Virus record (IMG/VR): IMGVR_UViG_3300020576_002312
Span: 1 to 64,000 of that record
Strand: one strand, 5' to 3'
Origin: a virus
Taxonomy: Duplodnaviria > Caudoviricetes
DNA: 64,000 bases
Position numbers and translations under genes: made by a program
Shown: positions 1 to 9,491 of the stretch, in pieces
How the letters are laid out: each line of letters starts with the position of its first letter
How positions within the stretch are numbered: position 1 is the first letter of the stretch
The notes under the pieces: generated by a model
The model's database searches: none
What the model was told of the DNA's origin: nothing
The model's input: the letters and a program-made list of their open reading frames with translations, nothing else

Positions 1-77
1 TGTAATGCAGCCCAGTAAATTACCCCTATAGGTATCAGAATAAAGGGTGCGTAAATGCTTTTAAATAGTCTTTTCAT
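1..77 (-). CDS. small hydrophobic early protein, partial (runs off window start)
   Basis: Manual translation MKRLFKAFTHPFILIPIGVIYWAAL..., same orientation as neighbouring early genes. Confidence 0.4.
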   Translation of the reverse strand, partial: MKRLFKSIYAPFILIPIGVIYWAAL

Positions 78-84
78 AATACAA

Positions 85-243
85 TTATTTATTGTTTTTA
101 CGATACAATTTAATTGCCTCAGTCATTGAAAACATTACGTATTTTTGACCGTTAATATTTATAGTCCCATTTCTGTATTTATAAGCAGTTATATTCTTGC
201 TTACTTTCTTTACCTTAATTGGTGTATCAAACAAATCGTGCAT
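85..243 (-). CDS. small hypothetical early protein (52 aa)
   Basis: Manual translation MHDLFDTPIKVKKVSKNITAYKYRNGTINING..., below ORF-track cutoff. Confidence 0.45.
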   Translation of the reverse strand: MHDLFDTPIKVKKVSKNITAYKYRNGTININGQKYVMFSMTEAIKLYRKNNK

Positions 244-555
244 GATAGTATAATATTAGTTAATTGTTTCGTGTTTAAGCCTGTTTTTAGCCTGTTTAAG
301 ACCTTTAATTCTCTGAATAGTGTTATCCATTAAAGAGAAGATAAATGCCTTTAGCGGGGCTTATTATACGTCTCTTAATATATTAATATCAAGTTTAAAT
401 AATGAACCTTTTACACAAGTCATGCAAATATGTGTTTTCCTGTAAATACAAGCAGTTTGACAATAATGGAAAAATATATTTTCCTTTACTTGTTTTTTTT
501 TCTTAGGTATTATCATTATTATCGTGTTTAATTAGCATATTTAAAAAATATCTCA

Positions 556-726
556 TTACCAATCTATATGATTTCTGTCTATTTCCTCATCAATTTGTTG
601 ATCCATAGTTAATTTATTCACTTCGAAACCTATTTTTTCAAAATTATTAATGTCGCTTTGTGTCATTTCTGTGGTTATTTCCATGTTTTTAAATGGATCA
701 TAATATTTAACTTTATATCTTTTCAT
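556..726 (-). CDS. small hypothetical early protein (56 aa)
   Basis: Manual translation MKRYKVKYYDPFKNMEITTEMTQSDINNFEKIGF..., A-rich leader typical of Bacteroidota starts. Confidence 0.55.
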   Translation of the reverse strand: MKRYKVKYYDPFKNMEITTEMTQSDINNFEKIGFEVNKLTMDQQIDEEIDRNHIDW

Positions 727-821
727 GTTTTTACTTTTTAATTGTTAATACTCTTCTTTTTTGTCCCTTAATGCCTCGGAAAGTTTAAATTTATCTTTTC
801 AAGGGAAGGAAATAATAAATA

Positions 822-1064
822 CTAATCTTCTGTTCCTTCTTCGTCCTCGTCTTCTGATATCCCAAGTTGTTCAAATATCCAGTCAGATTCAAACCAAAGT
901 AAATCATTTAGGGACGTTTCGGATAATCCGTCTGGATAAAGTTCTTCTATCAACCTGTCAAACTCATTACCTTTATTATTATGTAGGATTGTTTCTTTTG
1001 TGTCTTTTGCTCCTGACCATGCACCAAAGTCTGATAACTGCAAATTCTCGTTAAACGTTTTCAT
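822..1064 (-). CDS. acidic early phage protein (F-x-AWSGA...ET-x-LNDLLWF family)
   Basis: Motifs FGAWSGAKDT and LSETSLNDLLWFE resemble a small conserved phage family; very acidic tail. Confidence 0.75.
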   Translation of the reverse strand: MKTFNENLQLSDFGAWSGAKDTKETILHNNKGNEFDRLIEELYPDGLSETSLNDLLWFESDWIFEQLGISEDEDEEGTED

Positions 1065-1100
1065 CTTATTTCGTTTTTAATTGGTTTGTACTTTGTTTAA

Positions 1101-1478
1101 TTATCTTTCAAAAATATCAGTATAAAGAGTATAACAAAACTCCTCAAAGCATAACCAGACAACAAACGTATAATGTACTATTTTGTGCCTGTTTTCTATT
1201 GTATCTCCAATGTTTTCTTCCAATTCTGTTTTATATTCTTCAAGGTCTTCAAGATGTTTAATATAAAATTCTTTACAATCGTGATGATATATAAACTCAC
1301 CGATTAAACCGGATATACATCCGCCATGCTGAAGATCATTAAAAAATGATTTTAGTTTGTCTTTCGGTTTTCCGTCATAACCATTACATTTATCTGTAAT
1401 AATCCGGCAGAAGTCTTCCTTAAAGGAATATTCAATATTTTCGGAATGCTTGTTTAAAATGTTTTCTATTGTTTTCAT
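1101..1478 (-). CDS. early protein, possible Ocr-like anti-restriction protein
   Basis: DLQHGGCISGLIGEFIYHHDC motif and acidic helical composition; function is inference. Confidence 0.6.
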   Translation of the reverse strand: MKTIENILNKHSENIEYSFKEDFCRIITDKCNGYDGKPKDKLKSFFNDLQHGGCISGLIGEFIYHHDCKEFYIKHLEDLEEYKTELEENIGDTIENRHKIVHYTFVVWLCFEEFCYTLYTDIFER

Positions 1479-1545
1479 AATCTTATTTATTAAATTAGTT
1501 TATATTATCCTTAAAGAATGAATTTATTTGCTTTCTGATGGTTAG

Positions 1546-1737
1546 TTAAATGAATGATACGATAATAACGTAAACGACCGATATAATAAGATAGGCCACG
1601 AGAGAGAATTTATATACTCTTTTCGGGATCATCTTAAACAGATTCACCAATACAGGAACAAAGTAATAAAGTAAGGTTAACAAACAACCTGCAATAAACA
1701 GGTATAAAGGAAGGCAGTAAATTAATTGTGTTTTCAT
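1546..1737 (-). CDS. small two-TM membrane protein
   Basis: Two hydrophobic stretches; TATATTTG promoter box at 1767-1774 upstream. Confidence 0.6.
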   Translation of the reverse strand: MKTQLIYCLPLYLFIAGCLLTLLYYFVPVLVNLFKMIPKRVYKFSLVAYLIISVVYVIIVSFI

Positions 1738-2002
1738 TGTCTTAATTATTAGTTAAACATCTGATACAAATATATACCTGATATTTGATATGGCAATAGC
1801 TTAACCGTTATTTAGAATGAAAATAGATAATATTCTGAAATGCTGATTTAATGCGAAGATCGGAACAAAGGTTTATTAAGACTATTTATAAATAAGGGGA
1901 ATAATGCAAAGATTAGAGTAAATTTCTGCGTAAAATAGATATATATAAGCGGGGAAAGTTTAAATTCTCTTATAGGATAACAAGAAAGAGAACAACAAAG
2001 AA

Positions 2003-2446
2003 CTAAACTATAATATTATTATCAGTAATAAACTTATCTAATGCAATCTTATAACTCTTCTCATATTGGTTAATTATTTCTATTCCTTTACTCGTTAGCT
2101 TATATCGTTCAATTCCTTTGATAATATCAGATACTATAATACACTCCTTTAATAATAGAGACTTAACATAATAGTCTGACTTATTGTTATTGAAATAGCC
2201 GTTATACCTTCTTATACTAGACTTTGTAAAAGATGTACTAACATGCTTATTATATATTCCTATTCCGTTTAATATAACAAGCTCATTAATAGTTAGCCCA
2301 TATTTATAACGCAAAGGACGCAAGATCCTAAACAAATTATAAATTAGATATTGTGCCAATGTAATAGGAAGAGAGTAAAGGCCAATATTATATATATCTT
2401 TTGGGGGAGTTGTTGTATTAATATCTATTTGTTTAGTCTCCTTCAT
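2003..2446 (-). CDS. winged-helix DNA-binding protein (MarR-like)
   Basis: LTINELVIL...YKLTSKGIEII wHTH signature; promoter box at 2472-2479. Confidence 0.6.
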   Translation of the reverse strand: MKETKQIDINTTTPPKDIYNIGLYSLPITLAQYLIYNLFRILRPLRYKYGLTINELVILNGIGIYNKHVSTSFTKSSIRRYNGYFNNNKSDYYVKSLLLKECIIVSDIIKGIERYKLTSKGIEIINQYEKSYKIALDKFITDNNIIV

Positions 2447-2884
2447 TGCGTTCCGTTGTTCGTTCCTGGCTCAAAGATAATCAAAGTATTTATGTATGTC
2501 TTCAGGTAGTTACAAAAGTCCTATAATGTTTATTATGGTTTCACTAATATAGGAATATACATAAACCATGTAAATATCAGATACTTACATTTTGGTATTA
2601 TTAGCCGTGTTAATATAGATCATTGCTTTTTGTCATTGTGTCAGATAAAAGGATTGTTATTTTAGGCGGGTGGGCTTCCTGATAACGATTTGTTAAACAG
2701 CGACCGGCCCCCGTATTATTATGGGTCACCCCCTATATACCCTTATGTTTAAGCATCGTCATCCATTACCTCATTGCATAATAATAGAATAGGGTGTGGG
2801 GTGGGTTTAAACGATAACGATGTGCTATATGGTTGTGCCCACTCTTTATTTTAAAGGATAGGGCTATGTATCGCTGTGTTTGCG

Positions 2885-3133
2885 TTAGAAATTGTTTTTA
2901 GATGGGAGTTTACGTTTAGTCTTATAAGCTATAGTATCTCTTCCTATAAGATAGGATTTATAAATTATAGACTTTCCGAGGCGTAATCGTTTATAAACAG
3001 CATCATAGGGGATACCAGGATTCATATTACAGAGGTGTTTCAGGTCATGGTAACATGATATTTCTCCATTTTCCACTAGCACACATACTTTAATCTTCAT
3101 ATTCCGCAAATTTCGTTGTCTAATATTTGCCAA
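2885..3133 (-). CDS. small putative DNA-binding protein (true start may be MKIK at 3100)
   Basis: ORF track; basic HTH-like segment IPYDAVYKRLRLGK; promoter box at 3131-3138. Confidence 0.5.
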   Translation of the reverse strand: MANIRQRNLRNMKIKVCVLVENGEISCYHDLKHLCNMNPGIPYDAVYKRLRLGKSIIYKSYLIGRDTIAYKTKRKLPSKNNF

Positions 3134-3177
3134 AGATAAGAATTTGTTTTATATTTGGGCAAATAAAAGGTAAGACT

Positions 3178-3753
3178 ATGAGAAGAGCACAGGCGTTGGA
3201 TATAAATGAGATAGAGAAATACTACACTATCACCGAGGATGGTATGGTGTGGAGTAAGATCAAGGGGCGGTGGATGAAGCCACGTATGAATATCTATGGG
3301 TATGTATTCTATTCGATAGCTAAGGGTATTGGTGATGGGGGAATACTTGGTGCTTTTGCTCATACGTTAGTTGCCTTGAAGTACATAGGTTCTCCCCCGA
3401 CTGCTAAACATGAGATAGATCATGTAGATGAGAATAAGCAGAACAATCACTGGACTAATCTCAGGTGGGTTACTCATAGTGAGAATATACTTAAGAGTTA
3501 TGAAAGAGGAAGAAGGGGGCATTGGCTTGGGCGTAATAAAGCACCGTTTAGTTTAGAACACAAGATGAAGATGGCAGATGCGAAGAAGAAGAGGGTGGTA
3601 TTTATAAGAGGGGAAGAGAAGGTGGTATTTTCGAGTATAGAGGAAGCGTCTGTGGGGTTAGGTACTTATAGAAAGAAGATATATAGTTCCATTAAAGAGA
3701 ATAAGACGTTCCAAGGCGGTACGCTTAGTTTTCTTGAAGACGTATTTGAATAA
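3178..3753 (+). CDS. HNH homing endonuclease with NUMOD3/NUMOD1-like C-terminal DNA-binding repeats
   Basis: AHTLVALKYI...EIDHVDENKQNNHWTNLRWVTHSEN; SLEHKMKM; FSSIEEAS; promoter box at 3150-3157. Confidence 0.9.
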   Translation: MRRAQALDINEIEKYYTITEDGMVWSKIKGRWMKPRMNIYGYVFYSIAKGIGDGGILGAFAHTLVALKYIGSPPTAKHEIDHVDENKQNNHWTNLRWVTHSENILKSYERGRRGHWLGRNKAPFSLEHKMKMADAKKKRVVFIRGEEKVVFSSIEEASVGLGTYRKKIYSSIKENKTFQGGTLSFLEDVFE

Positions 3754-3951
3754 TAGCGTTTAAATTCAATTCTCCCCTTGTTTCTATGTATTTTCACTTA
3801 TAGTTTTCGATTGAAATGGTTTGGGTGGGGGTTTGTATATCCTTTAAGAGATAATTTAAACCTTACAGGGTTTTCCATGATTGAATTACACATTTTGCAT
3901 AACGCATTTTGTATAATAAGAAAAACCGCATAGGTTAGATGCGGTTCGTAG

Positions 3952-4143
3952 TTATTTGGTCTGTGGGTTCTCTTTGACACGTTTATCTTCCCAAAAGTGT
4001 TCGCACTTATGCTTGTCCTTATTGTAGGGAACGCCATAGAAGAATGACTGGTACTCGTCTGCTTTGGCTGTATGACGGTAGCACTTTTCCTTTAAGGGGC
4101 AATCGAAGTCTTCTGACTGACCTTTACACATCGTTATATCCAT
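3952..4143 (-). CDS. small Cys-rich conserved phage protein
   Basis: MDITMCKG...CPLKEKCYR...CEHFW pattern. Confidence 0.7.
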   Translation of the reverse strand: MDITMCKGQSEDFDCPLKEKCYRHTAKADEYQSFFYGVPYNKDKHKCEHFWEDKRVKENPQTK

Positions 4144-4154
4144 GAGTTTAAATT

Positions 4155-4289
4155 TTATCTTGCAACATATCCTTCTTCATCCTCATCAAAAATAACATCA
4201 ATAGGTTCTTCGATGGGTTCATCATCCTGGTCGCATACTCCATAACCTTGTGGTTCTTCAGGAGTCCAGATTATTACTTTGTCTTTCAT
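4155..4289 (-). CDS. small highly acidic protein (44 aa)
   Basis: Manual translation MKDKVIIWTPEEPQGYGVCDQDDEPIEEPIDVIFDEDEEGYVAR; fills the operon gap. Confidence 0.55.
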   Translation of the reverse strand: MKDKVIIWTPEEPQGYGVCDQDDEPIEEPIDVIFDEDEEGYVAR

Positions 4290-4306
4290 ATCCTTTAAGA
4301 ATTGAG

Positions 4307-4513
4307 TTAAACTTTCTCCGCCATCTTATCATTGTGAAACACGCTCTTACACTCAGGAAGGCTTGTTAACGTCTGCCCATTGACGTAGTAATAGTACTGA
4401 GGGAACGCCCTACTGCATACCGTAAACGGCTGTGCCTGCTTCATGCAGTGACATACTCTACATTGCCATAGTCCTATACGTACTTTATGCCACTTATGCC
4501 TTATTATTGTCAT
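4307..4513 (-). CDS. small zinc-finger-like protein
   Basis: HKW...CRVCHC; coupled to upstream gene. Confidence 0.6.
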   Translation of the reverse strand: MTIIRHKWHKVRIGLWQCRVCHCMKQAQPFTVCSRAFPQYYYYVNGQTLTSLPECKSVFHNDKMAEKV

Positions 4514-4763
4514 GTTTGATACGGTAATCGTGATATATCCAAACTATTATCCATAGAATAGCAAAGATAACCATGAGAGAGACAAAGAGTAAGAAGCATA
4601 ATAACGCTCCGAGGGGCATGCCTAGTTGGTCTAAGATGATACCAATCACCGCAGGTAACGCAAGGATTAGCGTTGTCAAATATCGCACATGTAGGTCTAT
4701 TCCTGCGGAGAATGTTGCTGTGGAGTAGTAATGAAACCACCACTGTTCTAATCTTCTCATCAT
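4494..4763 (-). CDS. small membrane protein
   Basis: Two hydrophobic helices; ATGA overlap with the upstream glycosyltransferase. Confidence 0.65.
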   Translation of the reverse strand: MMRRLEQWWFHYYSTATFSAGIDLHVRYLTTLILALPAVIGIILDQLGMPLGALLCFLLFVSLMVIFAILWIIVWIYHDYRIKHDNNKA

Positions 4764-5455
4764 TGACTTATCATTTCGTTTATTAGATATTTCTCTCTTG
4801 CGCCTATGTTCCCATAAAGGATATCTTTACTCACCACCGGAAGTCTTTTTGACCAAAACTCAACCCCGTTCATGCTCTGATTGTTCTTTAGATCAACGAG
4901 AAAGCCTTTGATAGTAGTGGACTTCTTCACTAATCCTCTTACGCTATCGAGCATCATCGAGTCTATGGTATTGTCTCTTGCGATAGGCCACACGGGATGG
5001 TCAAGTCTTTCAATGATCTCTTTACGGATAGTACGCCCTGGGCCGAGAACCGTGGTGTGCTGAAAATAATATAGATTACCACTTGTTGCACCATCCATAC
5101 TCAGCATATACAAGTCGTTGAGTCCTACCATGTCGTGAGTGTCCATGAGGTCTTGTATGTCGATAAATGTTTGTGTGGAGATAAGATCATCAGATCCCGT
5201 AAGCATAACACAATCTATCTCGGCTTTCTGACACATGTGTATCATAGAGTTGTTAAATTTAGCCGTGAGAGGTCTATTGGGGTACTCATAGAACTCAATA
5301 TCATACTCTTTACATAGGGGGATAGCGTCTATACTCCCTGAAGTTATACAAGGAATGTTCTCACCCGTTTCTTCACGTAAGCGTTTTACCCCTTCGCAAA
5401 ATATTTTGAAGATAGATAACCTACCGTAGTTTGCCGTGATAAGTCCAACCCTCAT
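4760..5455 (-). CDS. GT-A fold glycosyltransferase-like protein
   Basis: N-terminal beta-strand RVGLITANYGR; PLTAKFN; MLTGSDDLIS; paralogous to 9488-10231. Confidence 0.7.
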   Translation of the reverse strand: MRVGLITANYGRLSIFKIFCEGVKRLREETGENIPCITSGSIDAIPLCKEYDIEFYEYPNRPLTAKFNNSMIHMCQKAEIDCVMLTGSDDLISTQTFIDIQDLMDTHDMVGLNDLYMLSMDGATSGNLYYFQHTTVLGPGRTIRKEIIERLDHPVWPIARDNTIDSMMLDSVRGLVKKSTTIKGFLVDLKNNQSMNGVEFWSKRLPVVSKDILYGNIGAREKYLINEMISQ

Positions 5456-5703
5456 ATTTTATCAATATCAAACCATTCTGTCCAAACAAATACCTTATGT
5501 GGGTTGCCTTTGTGGTCAAATACATCTAATATTTTACTCCACTCAAGATTGCTATCCCTGATATCGTGAAAAGATAATTCTTTGAAGTCACCATAGTACT
5601 CTTTAAGAATATCATTGGCCTTATTACTGTTTGATGCTACCCCTAAAACAAAGGTTTCCTCGGTTTCCGCATCTCTCTCGTGTATAACTAAAACTTGATT
5701 CAT
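5452..5703 (-). CDS. hypothetical protein
   Basis: ORF track; overlaps in operon. Confidence 0.6.
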   Translation of the reverse strand: MNQVLVIHERDAETEETFVLGVASNSNKANDILKEYYGDFKELSFHDIRDSNLEWSKILDVFDHKGNPHKVFVWTEWFDIDKI

Positions 5704-5711
5704 ATTGATTA

Positions 5712-5972
5712 CTATATTTCAAACCCTTGTTCTGTGATTTTAACAGCAATATCATGCTCTATACGCCCCTCAAACTCCTTAGCTATGTCATGACTATAAT
5801 TAGACAAATGATATTCTCTAGCGAATGCCTGAAGATTTTCAAGTAGATTAGCTGTATTAAATACATGATACAGTAGTCTAGCTTCCTGTATTGTATTACA
5901 GGTATAACTAATAGTAAACGGAGTAAAATCTTTACTCTTTCCCTCTTTTGGTGTTTTTGATTTAGATGTCAT
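5712..5972 (-). CDS. hypothetical protein
   Basis: ORF track; promoter box at 5994-6001. Confidence 0.6.
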   Translation of the reverse strand: MTSKSKTPKEGKSKDFTPFTISYTCNTIQEARLLYHVFNTANLLENLQAFAREYHLSNYSHDIAKEFEGRIEHDIAVKITEQGFEI

Positions 5973-6038
5973 ATCGTATTATATTTATTTGACCAAAGAT
6001 AAATCAAATTATCGGCACAAACAAACTTTTGCTGCCAT

Positions 6039-7139
6039 TTATTTGCAGTATTTAACATAAAATAGTTTGGGAAAGAACCCCAACTTCATAGCAATCCAAA
6101 ACAAAGGTTTCCATTTTTTAAAATTATATCCCTTGAAGTCGTGATACGTTGCTCTTGGCATCTTCATAATCACATTAAACTCTCTATCCGATAAGAATAG
6201 TTTATCCCTTACCTCTCTCAGGATTTCATCACTAATGGTGATCGGTATCTTGAGTTCTTCCTTTGCAATCTCTTTGAACTGCTTACCCTCACGTATGAAC
6301 GCTGACTGCTCGATACGTCTCTTGTCAATGCCAAACTTAGTGTAAAGATACCATCCCACAAACTCGGTATAGCGGTTCTCGCAGTGGTGTCCACCATAGT
6401 CTTTCCAATCGTAATATACGGCAAGGTCTTTCTTTGCTTGCTCTTTGTCGTACTTCATGTGGTATAACGGGCGATAGTGTTTAATTCCTTTAAGGGATGC
6501 TATTAACTGACTCTTTAGCGTGAGTAACGGATAATACCTTAGTTTATCTACTATGTATGTTTCATACACATCTTGTAGGTAACGGCTATCCATAAGCGTC
6601 CACCCAATCGGGCAACTGCCCTCAGTTCTGAAGCTATGACCGTTGAAGATACTCTTGCAGTCATATTGCTGTGCTATATCAAGCATCAACCGACCCATTG
6701 CTATGTCGTTGGGTATATCTGCCTCTGATACCGATGCCCATAGGAACGCACGATTGAGAGAGTTGTATTCGTTCATGTTTGGACGTATGCGTACATAAGT
6801 ACAGCCGATCTTCTCTACGAGGTTCTTCATATTTGACTCTGCCTCTGCACCATTCCAACCATTATTAAAATGGACGGCTAGGATGCGTAATCCCCATTTG
6901 TTTGCACTATGAAGTAACCACGATGAGTCACAGCCACCGGAGATACCGATAAGGACATCGTATTTATGCTTACGCCCACGCCTGCGTATCTCGTCAATCA
7001 TTTTTATCAGATCATCCGAACTTTCGGGGTACTGTTCATCGAGTTGGTCGTGGATATCACAAAAATTACATACTCCTTCGTTATTAAGGGTTACACCCTC
7101 TATGTCGTCCGTTAAGAGACAAATGTTACATTCTGCCAT
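6039..7139 (-). CDS. N-acetyl-sugar amidotransferase (WbuX/WbpG-like, PP-loop adenine nucleotide alpha-hydrolase)
   Basis: N-terminal CxxC...CxxC; YDVLIGISGGCDSS PP-loop; AVHFNNGWN; WKDYGGHHCEN. Confidence 0.85.
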   Translation of the reverse strand: MAECNICLLTDDIEGVTLNNEGVCNFCDIHDQLDEQYPESSDDLIKMIDEIRRRGRKHKYDVLIGISGGCDSSWLLHSANKWGLRILAVHFNNGWNGAEAESNMKNLVEKIGCTYVRIRPNMNEYNSLNRAFLWASVSEADIPNDIAMGRLMLDIAQQYDCKSIFNGHSFRTEGSCPIGWTLMDSRYLQDVYETYIVDKLRYYPLLTLKSQLIASLKGIKHYRPLYHMKYDKEQAKKDLAVYYDWKDYGGHHCENRYTEFVGWYLYTKFGIDKRRIEQSAFIREGKQFKEIAKEELKIPITISDEILREVRDKLFLSDREFNVIMKMPRATYHDFKGYNFKKWKPLFWIAMKLGFFPKLFYVKYCK

Positions 7140-7142
7140 ATA

Positions 7143-8477
7143 TTAAAATTTAAGTGTTTGTTGTGTTGCTATAACTACTTCTTCCCTTTCTTCTTCCCAT
7201 GAATCTATTCTTGCCTGTGCTATCTTACAGTAGTCGGATTCTCTTTCTATGCCTATAAAACTAAAGCCTTCTATCTTTGCCCCAATGCCCGTACTACCAC
7301 TCCCCATGTAAGGGTCAAGTATAGTTCCTTTCTTAGGTGTAATCATTCGGCATAGGTAACGCATGAGAGATATGGGTTTGACTGTTGGGTGGTTGTTCTT
7401 TTGGGGGGATGCAGGTTTGTTTTCATAACCCCCATTAGGACTCCGTGGGTCTGTACGGAATGAATTAGCCAACATATTATGTCCATCCTTGTTTTTATCT
7501 TCAAACTCATCACACCCCTTATTTCTTTCGCTCTTTGATGCCTTTGCACAGTAAAAAAAGCGGGAGGCTGAACCGCTATCAGCAAAGCAACTTGTAATTA
7601 AGCCACCTTTTCCACTCCCATATATCCCATTATTTTGACAATCAATAGTGCCCGTGCCTATTGTGGCTTTGCCTGATTTAAGAATGCCTACCTTAGCAAA
7701 TTCAGATTCTACTTCATCACTCCCATCGTGTATTACATTGGCGGGAAAACGACCAATATTATTATTCTCTACAAGGGGCTTTCCAAAGTTATAATTGACA
7801 GGATTTTCTGTGCCTTTGCATCCACCGCTTGTTTTCTTTTGTCCGTTTAAGTCTACCCTACATCCATCAATATTAATTCCCCCCGTACCCCATTTAAGTA
7901 CATTGGTGGCTACTGTTTTCTCTGAGAGAGGCTTCCTTGCAAGAGTCCATAATTCCATTGCTGGTTTAAGAGATGTCCCTAATCCTTCGTATTCAGAATT
8001 GCCCTTAGTTAGTTCGAATGACTTACCACTTCCATCCATATACCCAATACCAGTATCTCCTTTATCGTGGTTATTAAGTTTACTCGGCTGTGCCCCACTA
8101 CCATTATTAGAAATCCCAATACTTATACGTTCATTGCCAGTCATTACATCAATAGCCTTGCCTATATTCAGTGACTTAGGGAATCCACTGCCATATATCC
8201 AAGCAATAACATCCCTTATCTCAAACCCCGCATCTTCTATATTAACAGTCATGCGATGTTGTGTGCGAGTACCACAGGCACAAAGGATATGACCACCTGG
8301 TTTTAGCACACGAAACACTTCTTCCCATACTTCTACTTTTGGAACGTCATAATCCCAATGCTTCCCCATAAAAGATATGCCGTAAGGCGGATCAGTAACA
8401 ACGGAATCAACGCTATTGTCGTCTAATGTTTTTAGGGCAACAAGACAGTCATTATTTATGATGGATATATTATTCAT
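7143..8477 (-). CDS. DNA N6-adenine/N4-cytosine methyltransferase (beta class)
   Basis: VVTDPPYG; HPTVKP; ILDPYMGSGSTG. Confidence 0.92.
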   Translation of the reverse strand: MNNISIINNDCLVALKTLDDNSVDSVVTDPPYGISFMGKHWDYDVPKVEVWEEVFRVLKPGGHILCACGTRTQHRMTVNIEDAGFEIRDVIAWIYGSGFPKSLNIGKAIDVMTGNERISIGISNNGSGAQPSKLNNHDKGDTGIGYMDGSGKSFELTKGNSEYEGLGTSLKPAMELWTLARKPLSEKTVATNVLKWGTGGINIDGCRVDLNGQKKTSGGCKGTENPVNYNFGKPLVENNNIGRFPANVIHDGSDEVESEFAKVGILKSGKATIGTGTIDCQNNGIYGSGKGGLITSCFADSGSASRFFYCAKASKSERNKGCDEFEDKNKDGHNMLANSFRTDPRSPNGGYENKPASPQKNNHPTVKPISLMRYLCRMITPKKGTILDPYMGSGSTGIGAKIEGFSFIGIERESDYCKIAQARIDSWEEEREEVVIATQQTLKF

Positions 8478-9044
8478 CTATTTTTTAGTTCCGTAAATAC
8501 AAATAAAATCAAACTCTCCTACTAATTTAGCATCTAGGATATTGATACACTGACTATACCTTTCCACGGCATCCTCTAACTCAGGGAAAAACCTTACGTG
8601 TTGTTCATGCTCTTGTTCGTACTCGCAGGGTAGCGAGATAAAAACTACTCGTCCCTTGGGTATCTTGTTAAGCAATTCAAGGTCATTATCTACATGCTCA
8701 AGTATCTGATTGAAGCATATAGCATCGTAATCCCCATCACTAATAACGTCTGTATCAAAAGCATCAATCACAAAGATTGCGTTGTTGGGGTTTCGTCTTG
8801 TAGCCTCTGCCACGGCAACACTGCTTATGTCAATCCCAATAGAGTAAATCACTCTTTTAGAGGAGTTAAGTCTTTCTATTAAGTGTCCAAAGCCACAACC
8901 CACATCAAGGACTATACCCTCTGCTCTCTGTGCAATCCACTCATAGATAGGTTGCCAATCCGTGATGTGATGGTTATAGGTATTACTTGGGTCTTCAAGT
9001 ATTGCTTGCCAGTCTTTGTTATAGTCGTCTGCGGTAAGGGTCAT
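8478..9044 (-). CDS. class I SAM-dependent methyltransferase (small-molecule/glycan type)
   Basis: VLDVGCGFG motif I; QILEHV motif; no DPPY/NPPY catalytic motif. Confidence 0.85.
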   Translation of the reverse strand: MTLTADDYNKDWQAILEDPSNTYNHHITDWQPIYEWIAQRAEGIVLDVGCGFGHLIERLNSSKRVIYSIGIDISSVAVAEATRRNPNNAIFVIDAFDTDVISDGDYDAICFNQILEHVDNDLELLNKIPKGRVVFISLPCEYEQEHEQHVRFFPELEDAVERYSQCINILDAKLVGEFDFICIYGTKK

Positions 9045-9047
9045 TTG

Positions 9048-9491
9048 CTATGCAGTTATAACAGTATCAAAAACATTACCGATAATAACGCAGTCATCAA
9101 GAATAATTGAATCTATGTCAGGACGAGAAGGTATTTCCCATCCATATACATCAGAGCAACATCCACAATTAGAGACCATTTTGCTTTCAATAATAAAAGG
9201 AGTCCTTTTAAATTGACATTGCATTATATCACCCTCATAAATATCTTTACCGTTCTTGTCGTGGAGTCCGGTGAATTGTTCCACTGATTCGGGATAAACC
9301 TCACATGTATTTATTGGTACGGGTAAATTCCAATCTGACATCCCATCAAAAAGAATAAGTGCTTTCGTATTTTGTTTACGTTGTTCTTCGTTGGCAATAC
9401 AAAGGCTCACCTCTTGATGAAGATGAAAACTGCCATAAACCCATTGGTTGTTATCTATTCGTTTCCCACGAAATTTTATTTCTCTCATCAT
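9048..9491 (-). CDS. YopX family protein
   Basis: REIKFRGK...QFTGLHDKNGKDIYEGDI...IIGNVFD. Confidence 0.92.
   Translation of the reverse strand: MMREIKFRGKRIDNNQWVYGSFHLHQEVSLCIANEEQRKQNTKALILFDGMSDWNLPVPINTCEVYPESVEQFTGLHDKNGKDIYEGDIMQCQFKRTPFIIESKMVSNCGCCSDVYGWEIPSRPDIDSIILDDCVIIGNVFDTVITA

Noticed and set aside
6039-7139. QueC of a 7-deazaguanine DNA modification pathway
   Set aside because: Motifs fit sugar amidotransferases, and no FolE, QueD, QueE or DpdA is in the window
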